Both the position numbers and the translations under genes were made by a program. Of a stretch of DNA of 64,000 bases, positions 34,901-47,430 are shown piece after piece; the first letter of the stretch is position 1; each line of letters begins with the position of its first letter. Location of the stretch: contig JBHGNT010000001.1 in the NCBI GenBank assembly GCA_043228905.1, forward strand, positions 21,390,001 to 21,454,000, read 5' to 3'. The notes beneath the pieces are model-generated. The model made no database searches. It was given only the letters and a program-made list of their open reading frames with translations, and was not told the origin of the DNA. Origin of the DNA: Azolla caroliniana. Taxonomy: Eukaryota; Plantae; Polypodiophyta.

Positions 34901-37040
34901 CTATGGTCGCTCACGTTCGTTGGTGTTCTAGTCTCCGATGAGGACAACATATGCTTCCTCACGCCCGTTAGTGCTCCAATTCTTGTCCACCCCTACACCA
35001 TGCTTTTGAAAAGGCGTACATAAAGGGGAGGATAATGTCACGACACAATGGCGCCAAATACGTAGTTAGTGAGGATTGAACCTGCAACCTCACATCTACA
35101 AAACGTCATGCTCAACCATCTGGATATGACCATGTTTTTATTTATGGTTTTCATATATTCTAGTATATATACATTAGTGTAATATAGAAATATTCTATGT
35201 TGTATTCTAGACAAGTATATTCTAGAGATATTTGTCAAGTATATTCTAGAGATCCTGAATCTCAATACTTTTATAAATACTTGTAACCTCTTTGGTCCCT
35301 TTCAAGGGATTCAATGCCAATCATTGACACATCAATCTAGTATTCTCGTTCCAGTCCATCTTGTCTCATTCTTCATCTCTGTCTTCATGCTCTTGTGTCG
35401 TTCCCAGCTTCTCAAGTTCCACGCTCTTAGACCCATCATCCTTGCTTCATCTGAGTTCGTGGATGGTGTGTCTGTGACCATTTGAATCCCTTCCAACTAG
35501 AAGCATCACCCAACTTCGACATCGCCCTTGCTTCTAGAGTTACCATCATCACCGTCCTTGCTTCCGGGGTTACCGTCATCAACATCCTTGTCTTCGACAT
35601 CATCATTTTCAGCACCTCGTCACCCAACCTTCATTGTAATCAACACTACTTGTTACCATTTATAGGTATCATTTTGTATTACGATTTTGGTGAGGATTGC
35701 TTTCGATTGCTCACCTTCCCAGTTTCGGTGGGGGTAACAACCGCTCACTTTCTTGGTGGGGATCGGATCATTTCTCGCTTGCACCCCATTTTCATTATAG
35801 TTCAAGTCTCGCGCCACTTTCCTTTGGTGGGGACCGATTTCGATCACTCACCTTCTAGTTTCGATGGGTGTCACAACCGCTCACTTTCCTGGTGGGGATC
35901 GCATCGGTTTCTCGCTAACGCCAGCGTTTGTGCCATGTTTTGGGTCAACCTCGATTATTTACCCTCTCATAATAGAAGAAGTGGAATCGACCACTTCATT
36001 TGCACTCCTTTGCATGTTAATGTTCCAGTTCTCGGTGAGGACCGCACATGGTTGCTCACGTTCCAATTTTGGTGAGGACAACATGGCGCGCACTGTCATG
36101 AACATAGACACTCGCGCCTGTTCGTGTTTGAGTTCCCGGTGAGGGCCGCACTTGGTCGCTCACACCCCTTCGTGTTCGAGTTCCCGGTGAGGGCCGCATG
36201 GTCGCTCACTCCCGTTGGTATTCCAGTTCCCGGTGAGGGCCACACATGGTCGCTCACTCTATTCATGTTCAAGTTCCCGATTAGCGCCGCACATGGTCGC
36301 TCACGCTTGTTTGTGTCCCCCGTGAGGACCGCACATGGTCGCTCGTGCCCATTGGTGTTCCAGTCGCCAGTGAGGACAACACATGGTTGCTCACCCCTAC
36401 ACCATGCTTTTGCAAAGGCGGTTGTAAAATGGAGGATAATGTCATGCAACACCTACACCATGCTTTCGAAAAGGCGGTCTTAAAGGGGAGGATAATGTCA
36501 CGACACAATGACATCAAATACATAGTTGGCGATGATTGAACTTGCAACCTCACATCAAAAAGATGTCATGTTAAACCATTTTGATATGAGCATATACTTG
36601 TATATTATTATTGTATAGTCTAACATATGGTACATTTTAGAATCAAAATATTCTAGTTGTTAGTATATTCTAGAAATATTGTATGGTATATATTCTAGAT
36701 AGGTCAATTCTAGAGATATTTCTCGAGTATATTCCAAAGATATTCAATCTCGGAACTTCTATAAATACTTGTAACCTCCTTGGTCCTTTTCAAAGGATTC
36801 AACGCTAGTCATTCACACATCAATCAAGTATTCTCATTTCGCCCCATCTTGTCTACTTGATCATTATCTCTATTGTCATGCTCTCATGTTGCTCATAACT
36901 TCTAGAGTTCCTAACCTCGTGACTTCTAGGACCAAGTTCATAGGCCGTCGCTTGTAGCCCCATTATCAGTGCTTTGTCCTAGTCCGAACAGTTTGAATCC
37001 CTTCGAACTAGAAGCATCACCCCTCTTCGTTATCGCCTTC
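31948..37040 (+). mobile_element. Tandem array of non-coding, self-priming LTR elements (TRIM/LARD-like), left part
   Basis: LTRs at 31948-32401, 33516-34026, 35036-35479 and 36496-36990. Each is followed by ttgaatccctt. The last three are preceded by PPT aaggggaggataa, the first only by a partial aaaggataa. The ~1 kb internal regions have no retro-domain ORF. Confidence 0.88.
32940..33410. repeat. ~46-bp minisatellite in the internal region of the tandem element (also 34545-34980, 36020-36395, 59725-60480)
   Basis: Consensus about gtgagggccgcatggtcgctcactcccgttcgtgttcgagttcccg. Confidence 0.9.
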
Positions 37041-37493
37041 ACTTGCATTGCTTTTGCTCGATTCCCTTCCGAACAGTTGGGAGACGCTAGTTGTCACTTT
37101 GGGCAACGTTGGGCCGAAAGGAAAGTAGTTGTCCCTAGCAAGGGTAAAATCAAGCTTGCTAGATGAAGAAGCTCGCCGGAAGGATCGGGAATCCAAAACT
37201 GACCCGAAGACTTTGGTTACGGAAGATGACCAAAACCGGGGAAGAGACCGAAATCGGAGTCCCCAAAACCTGGACAAATCGGGGATGAGATCAAAGTCAA
37301 GGGGGAGGCATACTTGCTTCTACTCTGAGAAGTCGGGGCACTTCCAAAAGAATTGTCGGTATTTCCAAAAAGAGAAAGGGGCCGACACCACCTATTCGAA
37401 GAAGAGTTTGGACTGAAATGGTTCGGACCGGAGAGGTCCGGATCGGAAAGGAACGTCGGCAATGACGACAAGTGAAGAAGAATTGTTTCTACT
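37041..37493 (+). pseudogene. gag: Copia F gag C-terminal part (5' LTR deleted)
   Basis: SLPNSWETLVVTLGN..SLARVKSSLLDEEARRKD..GHFQKNC, closely similar to element H gag. Confidence 0.85.
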
Positions 37494-40400
37494 TCGACGG
37501 AGCTACCGAGATCTACGAAGCGAGTGTGGAGGATCCTCCTCCGGCCTCTCTTGCCACCAGGCACTTGTCACCTCGTTCTTGGCACCTCCCTTGTGCCGTC
37601 TTCCGCTTCCTTTGTTCGGCACCGCCCGTGCCGAACACTGTCCTGTAGTCACGCTTCGATCCGGCCCGCGATGGCCACTTGCGAGACTCTTGTTCCGTCC
37701 CAGGTGTGCCTTTCCGGCCTGACACACCTCCTTGTGTTCGCCCCTACCAGCTACTTCCGAAACCATAACCGGCCAGTGAGGGTTTCGCACTTCGTCCGCC
37801 CCGTCTTACCGACTCTCGATCCGCTACCTCGTGTCGTTGGGTCTCGTTCCCTGCCACCACCGTCCTTCTCCCTAGGTCTCACGTCGCCACGTTGGCCGAA
37901 CTGCCAGAGTCTCCGGATCGGTGTGAGGGTCCCATAGGACCGGACTCTATCTCTATGCTTGCTGAAATTCGGGTGTCTTTTGTTTGAGTCCCTCCCGGAC
38001 TCTCCTCGTGTCTTCCGCGTAGTCAGGTCCCGTTTCCCGCCGCCACCAACCTTCTCTCTCGGTCTTATGTTGCCACGTTGGCCGAACTGCCGGAGTCTCT
38101 GGTTAAGTGTGGGGATCCCGTAGGACCGGACTTCCTTTCGCCTACTGACCTTGCCGGAAGGTCCGATTTGGTTCGTAGCCGCTTCGCCGGCCTGATACCT
38201 CCTTAGACCGCCCGTTCGTAGCCCTTTTGCCTTCATCACCTAGCCGCCACCGTCAGTATCTTGGTCTTACATCGACCACGTTGCCGATTGCCGAAGTCTC
38301 TAGAACCGGTGTGAAGGATCCTCCTTAGACCTCCCATCCGTAACCCTTTTGCCTTCGTCACCTCGCCACCACCGTCAGTATCTTGGTCTTACGTCGACCG
38401 CGTTGCTGACTGCCGAAGTCTCTAGAACCGGTGTGAAGGATCCTCCTTAGACCTCCCGTCCGTAGCCCTTTTGCCTTCGTCACCTCGCCGCCACCGTCAG
38501 TATCTTGGTCTTACGTCGACCGCGTTGCCGACTGCCGAAGTCTCTAGAACCGGTGTGAAGGATCCTCCTTAGACCTCCCATCCGTAGCCCTTTTGCCTTC
38601 GTCACCTCGCCGCCACCGTCAGTATCTTGGTCTTACGTCGACCGCGTTGCCGACTGCTGAAGTCTCTAGAACCGGTGTGAAGGATCCTCCTTAGACCTCC
38701 CGTCCGTCTTCTTCACCCTGTCCCGGGTCGTCCTTCTCCGCATGCCGAGAGGGTGTTTTGTTCCGCACCCTCTCCCGTGGTACTGACATACCGTCTCCTC
38801 GGCCTCTTCGTAGGCCTGCTTTCTTCCTCCCTCCCGGAATGGTCATCCGGGAGTCCGCTCCGCCCGGTTCTCGTCCGGGTCCGTTCGTCCTTCTCCGGAT
38901 TGCCGGGTTCCGTTCTCCTGTCGCCACCGATCTCCCATATAGGACTTACGCCGACACTCGGGCCGACAGCCGGATCAGTGTAAGGATCTCTGTAGGCCCG
39001 ATCTTCGTTCTCCTTCCACCTCTCGACCTTCGCCCGGTCGGTCTTTCTCCCCATGTAAAAGAGGGCGGCTCGTCCCGCACCCTCTCCCGTATCGGCACCT
39101 TTATGCCGAATCCGGCCTCGATCGAACGATCCACGACCGGATTCTGCTCTATCCGAATCGGAATGCCGATCTTCTCGTGCCGCTTCCGTCCTCGGCCTCC
39201 TCGCAGGCCGTTTCCCATCCGTCTTCGCTAGCATCGTGCCAGGACTCCTCGGTACCGCCATCCATCTCCTCGGTCTTACATGGGAATACGGGCCCGAATG
39301 CCGAGTTCTCCGGAATCGGGTCCGTGGGCTTTCGTCCGCTCCTTCCCCGTATCATCTCGCCGGTGATTCTTGGCCTTTCGCCGCCACCTTCCTCCGCTTG
39401 GGACTCACGTGGGCACTCGGGCCCGACTGCCATCGCCTCGGGAGCAAGTGTGGGAAGACACAAAGAATCGCCCGTCCGTTTTACGCCTTTGTCCGTAGCC
39501 ACCGACTCTTCGTGGTCGGCGGTCGTCTTCTTACCGATCGCGCAAGCCCCGTCTTGGCTCGCTTCTCCTATGTCCGGGGTTTCAGGCTGACACGCCCGAA
39601 ACCGCTGGTCCCAACTATCCGGTTCCGCGATCTGTATCTCGGCCTCGTCCTTGGCCGTTCTATCTCCGCAAGTCGAGAGGGTGTTTTGTTCCGCACCCTC
39701 TCCCGTGATACCGTCGTACCAATCTTCCGCAGTCGCGTGGGGCAAATCCGTCTCCTCAGTCTCGGCTTGCGGCCTCGATCTTTCCTCTTCCTCGAGCATC
39801 GCCTCGAGAGCTGCGTACGCCTTCGCAATCCTGGCCCCAACGCCGACCCTTGCCAACTCCCTTTGCCGTTCGACTTCTTCCCGCTGTGATGGCATGCCGT
39901 CGCGCACCTTCCTCTTAGCCTTCTCGGCTCGCTCATCATCTAGCCGTTGGCACACCCTTCTGACCTTCGACCAGTCCTCCGTAAGCCCATTCGCTCCGTC
40001 ATCGTCTTCGAGCTCAATCCCGATGGCTTCCCGTTCCGCTCGGTCGATCGACCTGACGAACAAAAGGACTTTGTCCGCTCCCACCAAACCTTGTTCCCGC
40101 TCCGGGAGCCGAGCAAGCCGTCTCTCGAGCTCTCGGAACGCCTTCGTTGCACCCCGGTGGGTCTTTGCCGTTGCTACCCATTGGTCAAAGTCGTGTCGTC
40201 CCCGGCTCTTCCGCCGTCCTCCGTATGCCTTCAGGAGCGCCTCTTCGAAGGCCTCCCACGAACTATGAGCTTCACGGAGCTCCTTTATTTCCGCATGCAC
40301 CGGACAGCCACGACCCGACAGAAGAACTCCAGCCTCAACGCCTCGTCTACGCCACGCTCCTCCATTTCCGCGTTGTAGGCTTCCAAGTAAGATGGACTTT

Positions 40401-40704
40401 GTCCCCGCTGAAACAGCCGACTCTTTCGACCACTCGCTCAACCGCTTGTTGCGCTGCTTCTCGCCTCATCATCACTCGTGCCGACTCCATCCGCACTAGG
40501 CCACCATCTCCACGAGGTCGTCCTCTTCCGATTCCATCCTCCCTTGCCGCCTTTCACGTCGGGTTCACCAAAGATGTCGCGTTGTTACGCGCGTGCGTGG
40601 AGAAAGGCGGGACCACGGGGGTCTTGGACTAGGGAGTGATGGAGCGTAGGAAGTCGTGCTTCACCATTTCTGGGGCATCCCAGAAGCACGCCGGAAGCAA
40701 CCGA

Positions 40705-40743
<39 letters not shown>

Positions 40744-41361
40744 TCTTAACACCGACTCACGCACACACACGCACACACACACACACACAGGCCAACCCGA
40801 CTCACGCCCTTATGTACAGGAAATGCAAGAAAGGGGAAGCACCCGACACCAACAAAGACGCGAATATACACAAACAGACGCAAACGTATATATATATAAG
40901 GAAGAATACATTCCCGGCGTCGAGCCGGACCGAGGTAGGTTACAACAGTCGTCTACTGTCAAGCCGCCGTCGGGGAGCTCACGGCTCGTCGCGCCGAGCG
41001 GGGTCTTGCACAGGAGGCCGAGCCGAAGCAAACCCTAAGCAAAGCACAAAGGGGGAAGAAGAAGAAGAAGAAGAAGAAGCTAACCCTAAACTAACGGTAT
41101 ACCCTCTAACGCAAAAAAATGGGCAACCCTTTCACCAAGGCCGCTCCCTTCCTTTTATAGAACAAGGAGAGGGATGCGTTACAATGTGGGATAAAATCCC
41201 GACTTACATGGGATCATCTGTCCCAACTTGACTGCTCTTCGGCGCCATAAAGGCGCCCTCGTTATTCACACTAAATGTACAAGGGTGAGCACACACGCTG
41301 CACCCCGCCGATGTAGCCAATGTTTCCCGGTTTCCGCCTCTGGGCGAAATTCTTCACGACA
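37494..41361 (-). mobile_element. Non-autonomous gypsy G1, 5' part (inside inversion)
   Basis: 5' LTR 40575-41361; PBS complementary to tRNA-Trp at 40553-40570; gag-like ORF 39149-40441 similar to the G2 gag N-terminus (KVLLFVRSID..GLTEDW); no pol. Confidence 0.85.
38199..38706. repeat. 122-bp tandem repeat, 4 copies, in G1 internal region
   Basis: ctccttagacc recurs at 38199, 38321, 38443, 38565 and 38687. Confidence 0.92.
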
Positions 41362-44300
41362 CCGTCCCGCAGGAAGAATCGGTACGCCTTCCTCCGTATC
41401 CGGCTCGCCTCCTCTCTCGCCCATGCTGCGTCTGGCGTCATCTTCCGTAGGAACCTCCCGATTTGGAGCCACTCCCCGTCGTACTTGCTTTCATCAAATT
41501 CGTTAAGCGCCGGAGTGTTCCCTTCCCTCGTCGTTACATTAGCCGACCCGAAGAAGTCTTCGCCGACTTCTTCGTCTTCCGAAACCATGCCATCTTCGTT
41601 GTTGAACCTTGCCCTCGAAAGCATGTCGGCCATGGCGTTGTCCTTTCCGGAGATGTGTCGTATCTCCGGGTTCAGGGACTTAATGTACGCTATCCACCGG
41701 AGCATTGCTAGGTCCGGCGTCACGCATCCGAAAACCATGCCAAGTATCGACAGGCAGTCCGTCTCGATAATCACCTCCGTCCCGATCAGATAATCCTTGT
41801 TGGCCTTGACCGCCGAAACGACACCCCAAAGTTCACGCTTAACTTGGGCGTACCCTCGCTGCCGCTCGCTCAATACCTTCGCCCCGAACCGGATCGGGAA
41901 TCGTACGCTGCCTTTATCCTCCTGACTGATTACCCGCCCGATCCTGGTCGGGCTGGTGTCCACCGTTACGCAGATGGGAACATCCTTGCTGCAAAACCGC
42001 TTTACGGAGAGCCGGCGCTACCGTAAGCGCCTCCTTTAGTCTTGCAACTGACTCCGTGTGCTCCGTCCTCCACTCAAAGCTACGCCCCTTTTTCAATAGT
42101 CCGTAGAGGGGTTCCGCGACATGTGCGTAGTGCGGAGATGTGGTAGAACGCACATGCCCCCAAGAATCTGCGGACCTCCGTGACCGACCCGCAAACGTTC
42201 CTCATCGCGGAGATGGCCTCTACCTTTGCTGGAGACGGTTTTCTACCGTAAGGCCCGCACAGGTGTCCGACCACCAAGATCTCCGACTGTCCGAAGGCTG
42301 ACTTTTCCCCGGAGAAGGTGAGCCTCGCGCGCTCTAGTCTCTGCAGCACCTTCTCGCAGTCATCGATGTGGGACGCCACGAAATTCCGACATCCGTCCAG
42401 CCCGATTGCCTCGTCCCTTTTCTCCACCGGGCATCCCTTGATTGGGATGTCGTCTAAGAACGGCATGGTGACGTCCGGGATACAATCCTTGAGCACTTTG
42501 TTCATCGCGTTCACCATGTGAGCCACTGAGTTCATCCCTCCTTGTGGCAGGATACACATCCGCACTAGGCCGAGAGGAGTCCGCATCGTCGTAATGTCTC
42601 TGCTCTCCATGGCTAGTTGGAACTGATCGTACCCCAAGTACAGATCACCGACAGAATAGATCGACCTTCCAACGAAGGCCTCCGCGAACTCGTTTATGGT
42701 CGGTCCGATCCCTGCATTATGGATGGTCACCTTGTTGACCGGTTGTAGGTCTTGGATAAAGCGCAGCGTGCCGTTCTTCTTCGGCACCGTAAACCACCGA
42801 TTCGAATACGGGGCACTCGACGGTTCGAGGATGCCCATCTCCACATTTTGCTTTAGGAGCTCCATCAACTTCGGGATGTGAGCTCTTGGCACCGGAATCG
42901 GCTTGAGATTCCATGGTACATGCGGCACCGTGAAGATCACCATCGGTTCGACAACTGTCGGGTCTACGCACCTGATCTCCTCCGGTGAGAATGCGAAAGC
43001 CTTCTCGTGCCTCCCGAGCATTCTCCGAAACTGGTCCTCCTCCGCCGGTAGTAGGAAGCCGCCCCCACCGACCTTGAGCTCCCGTAGCGTTATGTCGGTG
43101 AACCGGTGCCCTATGCCAGCCGGATTTCGTAAACTTGGGTCCGACGCAACCCCTTTTATCCGCTCCTCACTGCCCTCTGGCAAGGGTGCCGCGACTGGCC
43201 TCACCTTCCGGTCCATAGTCTTGTATTTCGTATCCACGCGGGCCGTCCGATCCGACCCGATCCTTTCCCCGAAGTCTACAATGACTTCATACATTCCCAT
43301 TGACCCTACCGGAATGGTCCAGTCTTCCCTAAGGTCTTCACTGATCACCTTTCGTAGTTCGCCCAAGGTGTCGTCAAAAGAGACTGCCTCCACCGTGCCG
43401 CTGATGTCCTCGTCGGGGAAGAGGACTCCGCATCCCCTGAGCCGCTCCTCCGCTCGCTTCCTCTCCCGGCCGCTGACACCGGTCATAGTACAACCTCCGT
43501 TGTCGGAGAACCAAAACTTCCTACCCATGGTACAAGTCTTCTTCCGTACTATACATTTGTGGGGTTGTTCCCGGGAGTCCGGACTATCGTGGCCCCACGC
43601 CTTGATAGCCCTCTCTAAAAATCCCCTCGGGTTTCGCTGCCGAGGGCCTTGCGGTTACGCTCGTGGTTTGGTCGCACCGTTAAGAACTGGACCGAGTGGC
43701 GCCCATCCTGGCTTTTATCTCTTGCATAGGCTAAACCGTTGTCCAACACCTTGGTTTCCATCCGTGCTGCCGTGATATATGGCTCTCCTAGTATAACCGG
43801 ATGCGAGGACGTCTCCTACACGAAGAAGTGTTGGTCGATCTCGACATCGCCGATTTTCACCCGTACTTTCGGACAGGCCCCATGTAGTTCTTCCGTGGCG
43901 CGCGTCGTTGCCCGTATCTTCCAGCCATGCTTGGTGTTGATCGGCCATTTACCCTTCTTGTAGAAATCCATGGACATCAGGTTGATTTCGGATCCATGGT
44001 CTACCAACGTCACCACCGGTTCCAGAACGTTGCCGATCCGTACAGGGGTTTCCATAGTCGCCCTGGCCCAATGCGGCTTCGTGTAGCGGCTTCCCGCCAG
44101 CTCATCTTCCAAGGCTCCATCTTCCAGGTGTGTGGTCCGCACTTCCACCGGCTTCTCCAGTTCCGGCTCCGTCGAGAGCCTCTTCTACTTCACCAAGTCT
44201 ACAATAGAGTCGTGGAACTCCCTCTTGGCGATTCCCAGCACCTCCCGCGATGACAACTCCACTTTACTGTCGAGGATTCGCTCTTCAAGGAACTTCCGTA

Positions 44301-46428
44301 GGTCCATTGCCCTCTCGATTTCGGTGCTCAACCGAAACCCCACCTGCTTCTTCCCATCTGGCACGCCTGGGTTGCCGGCACCGGTCGGTTTCGGTCCGAA
44401 CCGGGTCTCATACCTCGGGGGGCCAACCCCTCTGGCCTTTCCTGCCCGTTTGTTCTCCACCAGAACCTCGTAGTTCTGGCAAGCGGCTTCTACGAAGCCC
44501 GTTTTCTCTTCGACCGGATCGTCCCAACCGGTGACCTCCTGTACCCGCTGTTCCGCGCGGTCCGCCTCTTCCTTCCTCAGCCGAACTCCGGAGAGGCCTT
44601 CTAGCACTAGCGGCCAGAATCTGGAGTCCTTCGCCTTCCGGGTCTCATCACCCCCGACCCGAATTCCCACTGACACTGAGTAGTTAACGGCTTCGACGTG
44701 CCGTGTCGTGGCCTCTTCCATCAACCTCTTCATTCTGTCGCGCCCCGTATTCAGTTCCAGGGCTCTCCGAGTCTCGCTCGCGTGCACCCGCCTGTTCCAG
44801 AGGTACACCACGTTGGTCCTGAGCGCGTCGGCGAAATCCGCGCAGTCCTTCCGAATGTGACCAATCGTGTCACACCACATGCACCGCTGCCTAGCCGGCT
44901 GCCTCTGGTCGCAAGGTTGTTCACCGTTGTCTCTCCGGGCCTGTGCGATCTGCAGGTCGCGCACCATTTGTGTTAGCTCTTCCAGAGCCGCTCCTCCAGA
45001 TGGGCCTCTGACCACATCGTTCGATGCCGACCCCAACTCCGACCGGATTCGGGTCTCTTCCTTCCTCCCAGCCGGCACCGAAACCGGCTCCTCGAGTCTC
45101 CTCCCCGGGACCGGCCCCGACCCCGACGTGCTTCCGTCGCTCCAATCGTGCCGTTTGTCGAAATGGCTGCAGACCTGTTTTACCACGGCCCAGTCCGTCG
45201 TGAGCCCTTCGTCCGTTTCCAATAGGGGCCCCACCTTTTCCCTGTCGAGCGCATCCACCAACTTGACAAACAGCAGTACTCGACTTGTTTCGAGCACCGT
45301 CTGGTCCAGCGTCGACAGCCGCGTGAACCGTTTTTCGAACTCCTGGAGGAGCACCGACGTGTTCCTCCCTTTTCCGGGGCTTTCCACCCACGCCATGAAG
45401 TCCCGCCTCGACAGCCGAAGCGAGTTGTCAAACCCGTACTTCTCGAGGAGCTGCAGCTCGAACTCCTCCCAAGTCTGGCATCCGGCCAACACCTCGAGCA
45501 CCTCCGCATGGATGCCCGGCGTCACCACCCGAGGGAATCCGAACAACCGCCTGTCCACCAGGATATCCCTCATGATCATTTCAGTCCGGTAAGCCTCCAA
45601 ATAACTTGTGGCGTCTTTCCCTCCGAAACGGCCTATAGAGCCGACGATCGATTCAATGGCTCTGTCGAGGGTACCCATTCCCTCACGAGCACTCACCACC
45701 CGGTCGACGGCCACCGCCATTGCCTCTGCTAGCTCCGATCCCCTCATCTTTCGACTCCTTTGCCGCCCTTTCACGTCGGGTTCACCAAAGATGTTGCGTT
45801 GTTATGCGCGTATGTGTAGAAAGGGGCGGGACCAAGGGGGTCTTGGACCGAGGAGCGAGAGAGAGAGAGAGACAAAGAGAGAGAGAATCACGGACATGTA
45901 GAAGCGAGAAAGAGAGATATAGAACGTAACACTTAATTATAATGACAGAGATTACAAACTCCGACAGTTATAACCGACAAAGCGGCGAGGGACCCGGCAC
46001 GAGGACCCTACTCACGCACACCGACGACAGTCACACGACTCCAAGAAACAAAAGGGGGAAAGGGAGTGACTCTGCTGGAAGCACACGGGCTGTCCACGAA
46101 GCAGAGGCAGCGACCTCCCGACATCCCCGCAGAGAGCGATGATTCGAGTCGAAGGGAGAGAGCTCCGCCTTCCGTTCTGTAGCAACGCTTTTCTTCCTCC
46201 TCGCACGCGATGCCCGTTTTCCCTTGTCCTCTTCCCTTTATTCCCTGTCCCTCTGACCGAGATACGCACAATCCCCCCCTAATAAATGCGTGCGGCTTAA
46301 ATGCGTGCAGCTTAGTATTTACATCCACCGGTTCGTGTACAAAATGTCAAGTCACGCGTCCATCCGTGTAAGGGCCGGTTTACGCACTTTCTCTCCAATT
46401 CCGCCTATGGCCAGTTTTCTTCACGACA
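41362..46428 (-). mobile_element. Gypsy G2 (Ylt1-like), 5' LTR-gag-PR-RT-RH (inside inversion)
   Basis: LTR 45792-46428; PBS-Trp 45770-45787; gag 44185-45774 with CMWCDTIGHIRKDC; protease LVDHGSEINLM; RT LPQG..PFLDD; RNaseH DTSP..YAQVKRELWG..ETDC..ADMLSR. Confidence 0.92.
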
Positions 46429-47430
46429 AAGTCATCGTCATCAACGCCTCAGCCCAAAACGTCTTGGATAACTTTGCATGTCCTAGCTTGCTTCAGACTC
46501 TCTCCATTATGGTTTGGTTCATCCGTTCAGCCAGCTCGTTCAATTTCGGCGTCTTCAGCATGGTGAATTCGAGCCAGATTCCCTTCGATTGGCAATACTC
46601 CTCGAACTGCCCTTGGTATTCGTCTCCGTTATCTGATCGAACCGCCTTTAGCTTCTGACCGGTTTCCCTTTCCACTCTTGCGCGGAGCTGCTTGAAGATG
46701 GACAACACATGATCCTTCGTCTTCAACGGTGAGATCTACAGCTTCCGGATGTGGTTGTCTATGAATGTCACAAAGTACTGCGATCCGGCATGTGACTTCA
46801 TGTCCACTTGACACACATTGGTATGCACCAGCTCAGTGATGCATTCCGTCTCATCGGTGGTCTTGACCAGAAGGAGGTTCGTTTTTGCTTGTTGGCCAAG
46901 CAATCGGCACACTTCTCACGTTGTACCTGATGCACACCCAGATATGCCAAGAAGAAGTGAACGTAGCATCCGACAATGCCGATGAGTTGTGGCCCACAAG
47001 ACTGTGTCATATGAGCCAGAAGGGGATGAAAAGACTTGTCGAAGATAACCTCATTCCGGAGGTGAAAGATGCGCATTGATCATCCAGGCTCGAGCCACGA
47101 TCAGGCTTCCTTTGCTGAATTTCATTACTCCGTTCCAAATGCTACCCATGTGTGTAGACTTCATCATCTAGCCGACCGGCTAATATCAGGTTCAACTGAA
47201 CCTCCTGAACGTGTCAGACATCCTTCAACAACAACTTGCACCCGGTTGATGTCGTCAACCACACATCTCCTATGCCGACAATTCGGCATGACCCTTCATT
47301 CCCCATTCGGACACAACCGAGATCTCCGGCTCTGTAGAATGTGAAACATTTTCGGTCTGGTGTCAGGTGAAACGATGCTCCGGAATCGACAACCCATGTT
47401 GTCTTGTTGCCAACAAGGTTGACGACTGAC
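46429..47430 (-). pseudogene. Copia F protease and integrase N-terminus (inside inversion, with internal micro-inversion 46918-47076)
   Basis: WVVDSGASFH and VRSDNGDEY..NELAERMNQT on minus; LWPTRLCHMSQKG on plus. Confidence 0.85.

Noticed and set aside
32940-36395. CRISPR-like arrays
   Set aside because: The ~46-bp units are degenerate head-to-tail repeats with no unique spacers and no cas genes, in a eukaryotic context.
41029-41090. Telomeric AACCCTAA motifs in the G1 LTR (also ~30642)
   Set aside because: Isolated telo-box-sized matches, common in plant promoters and LTRs, and not at junctions.
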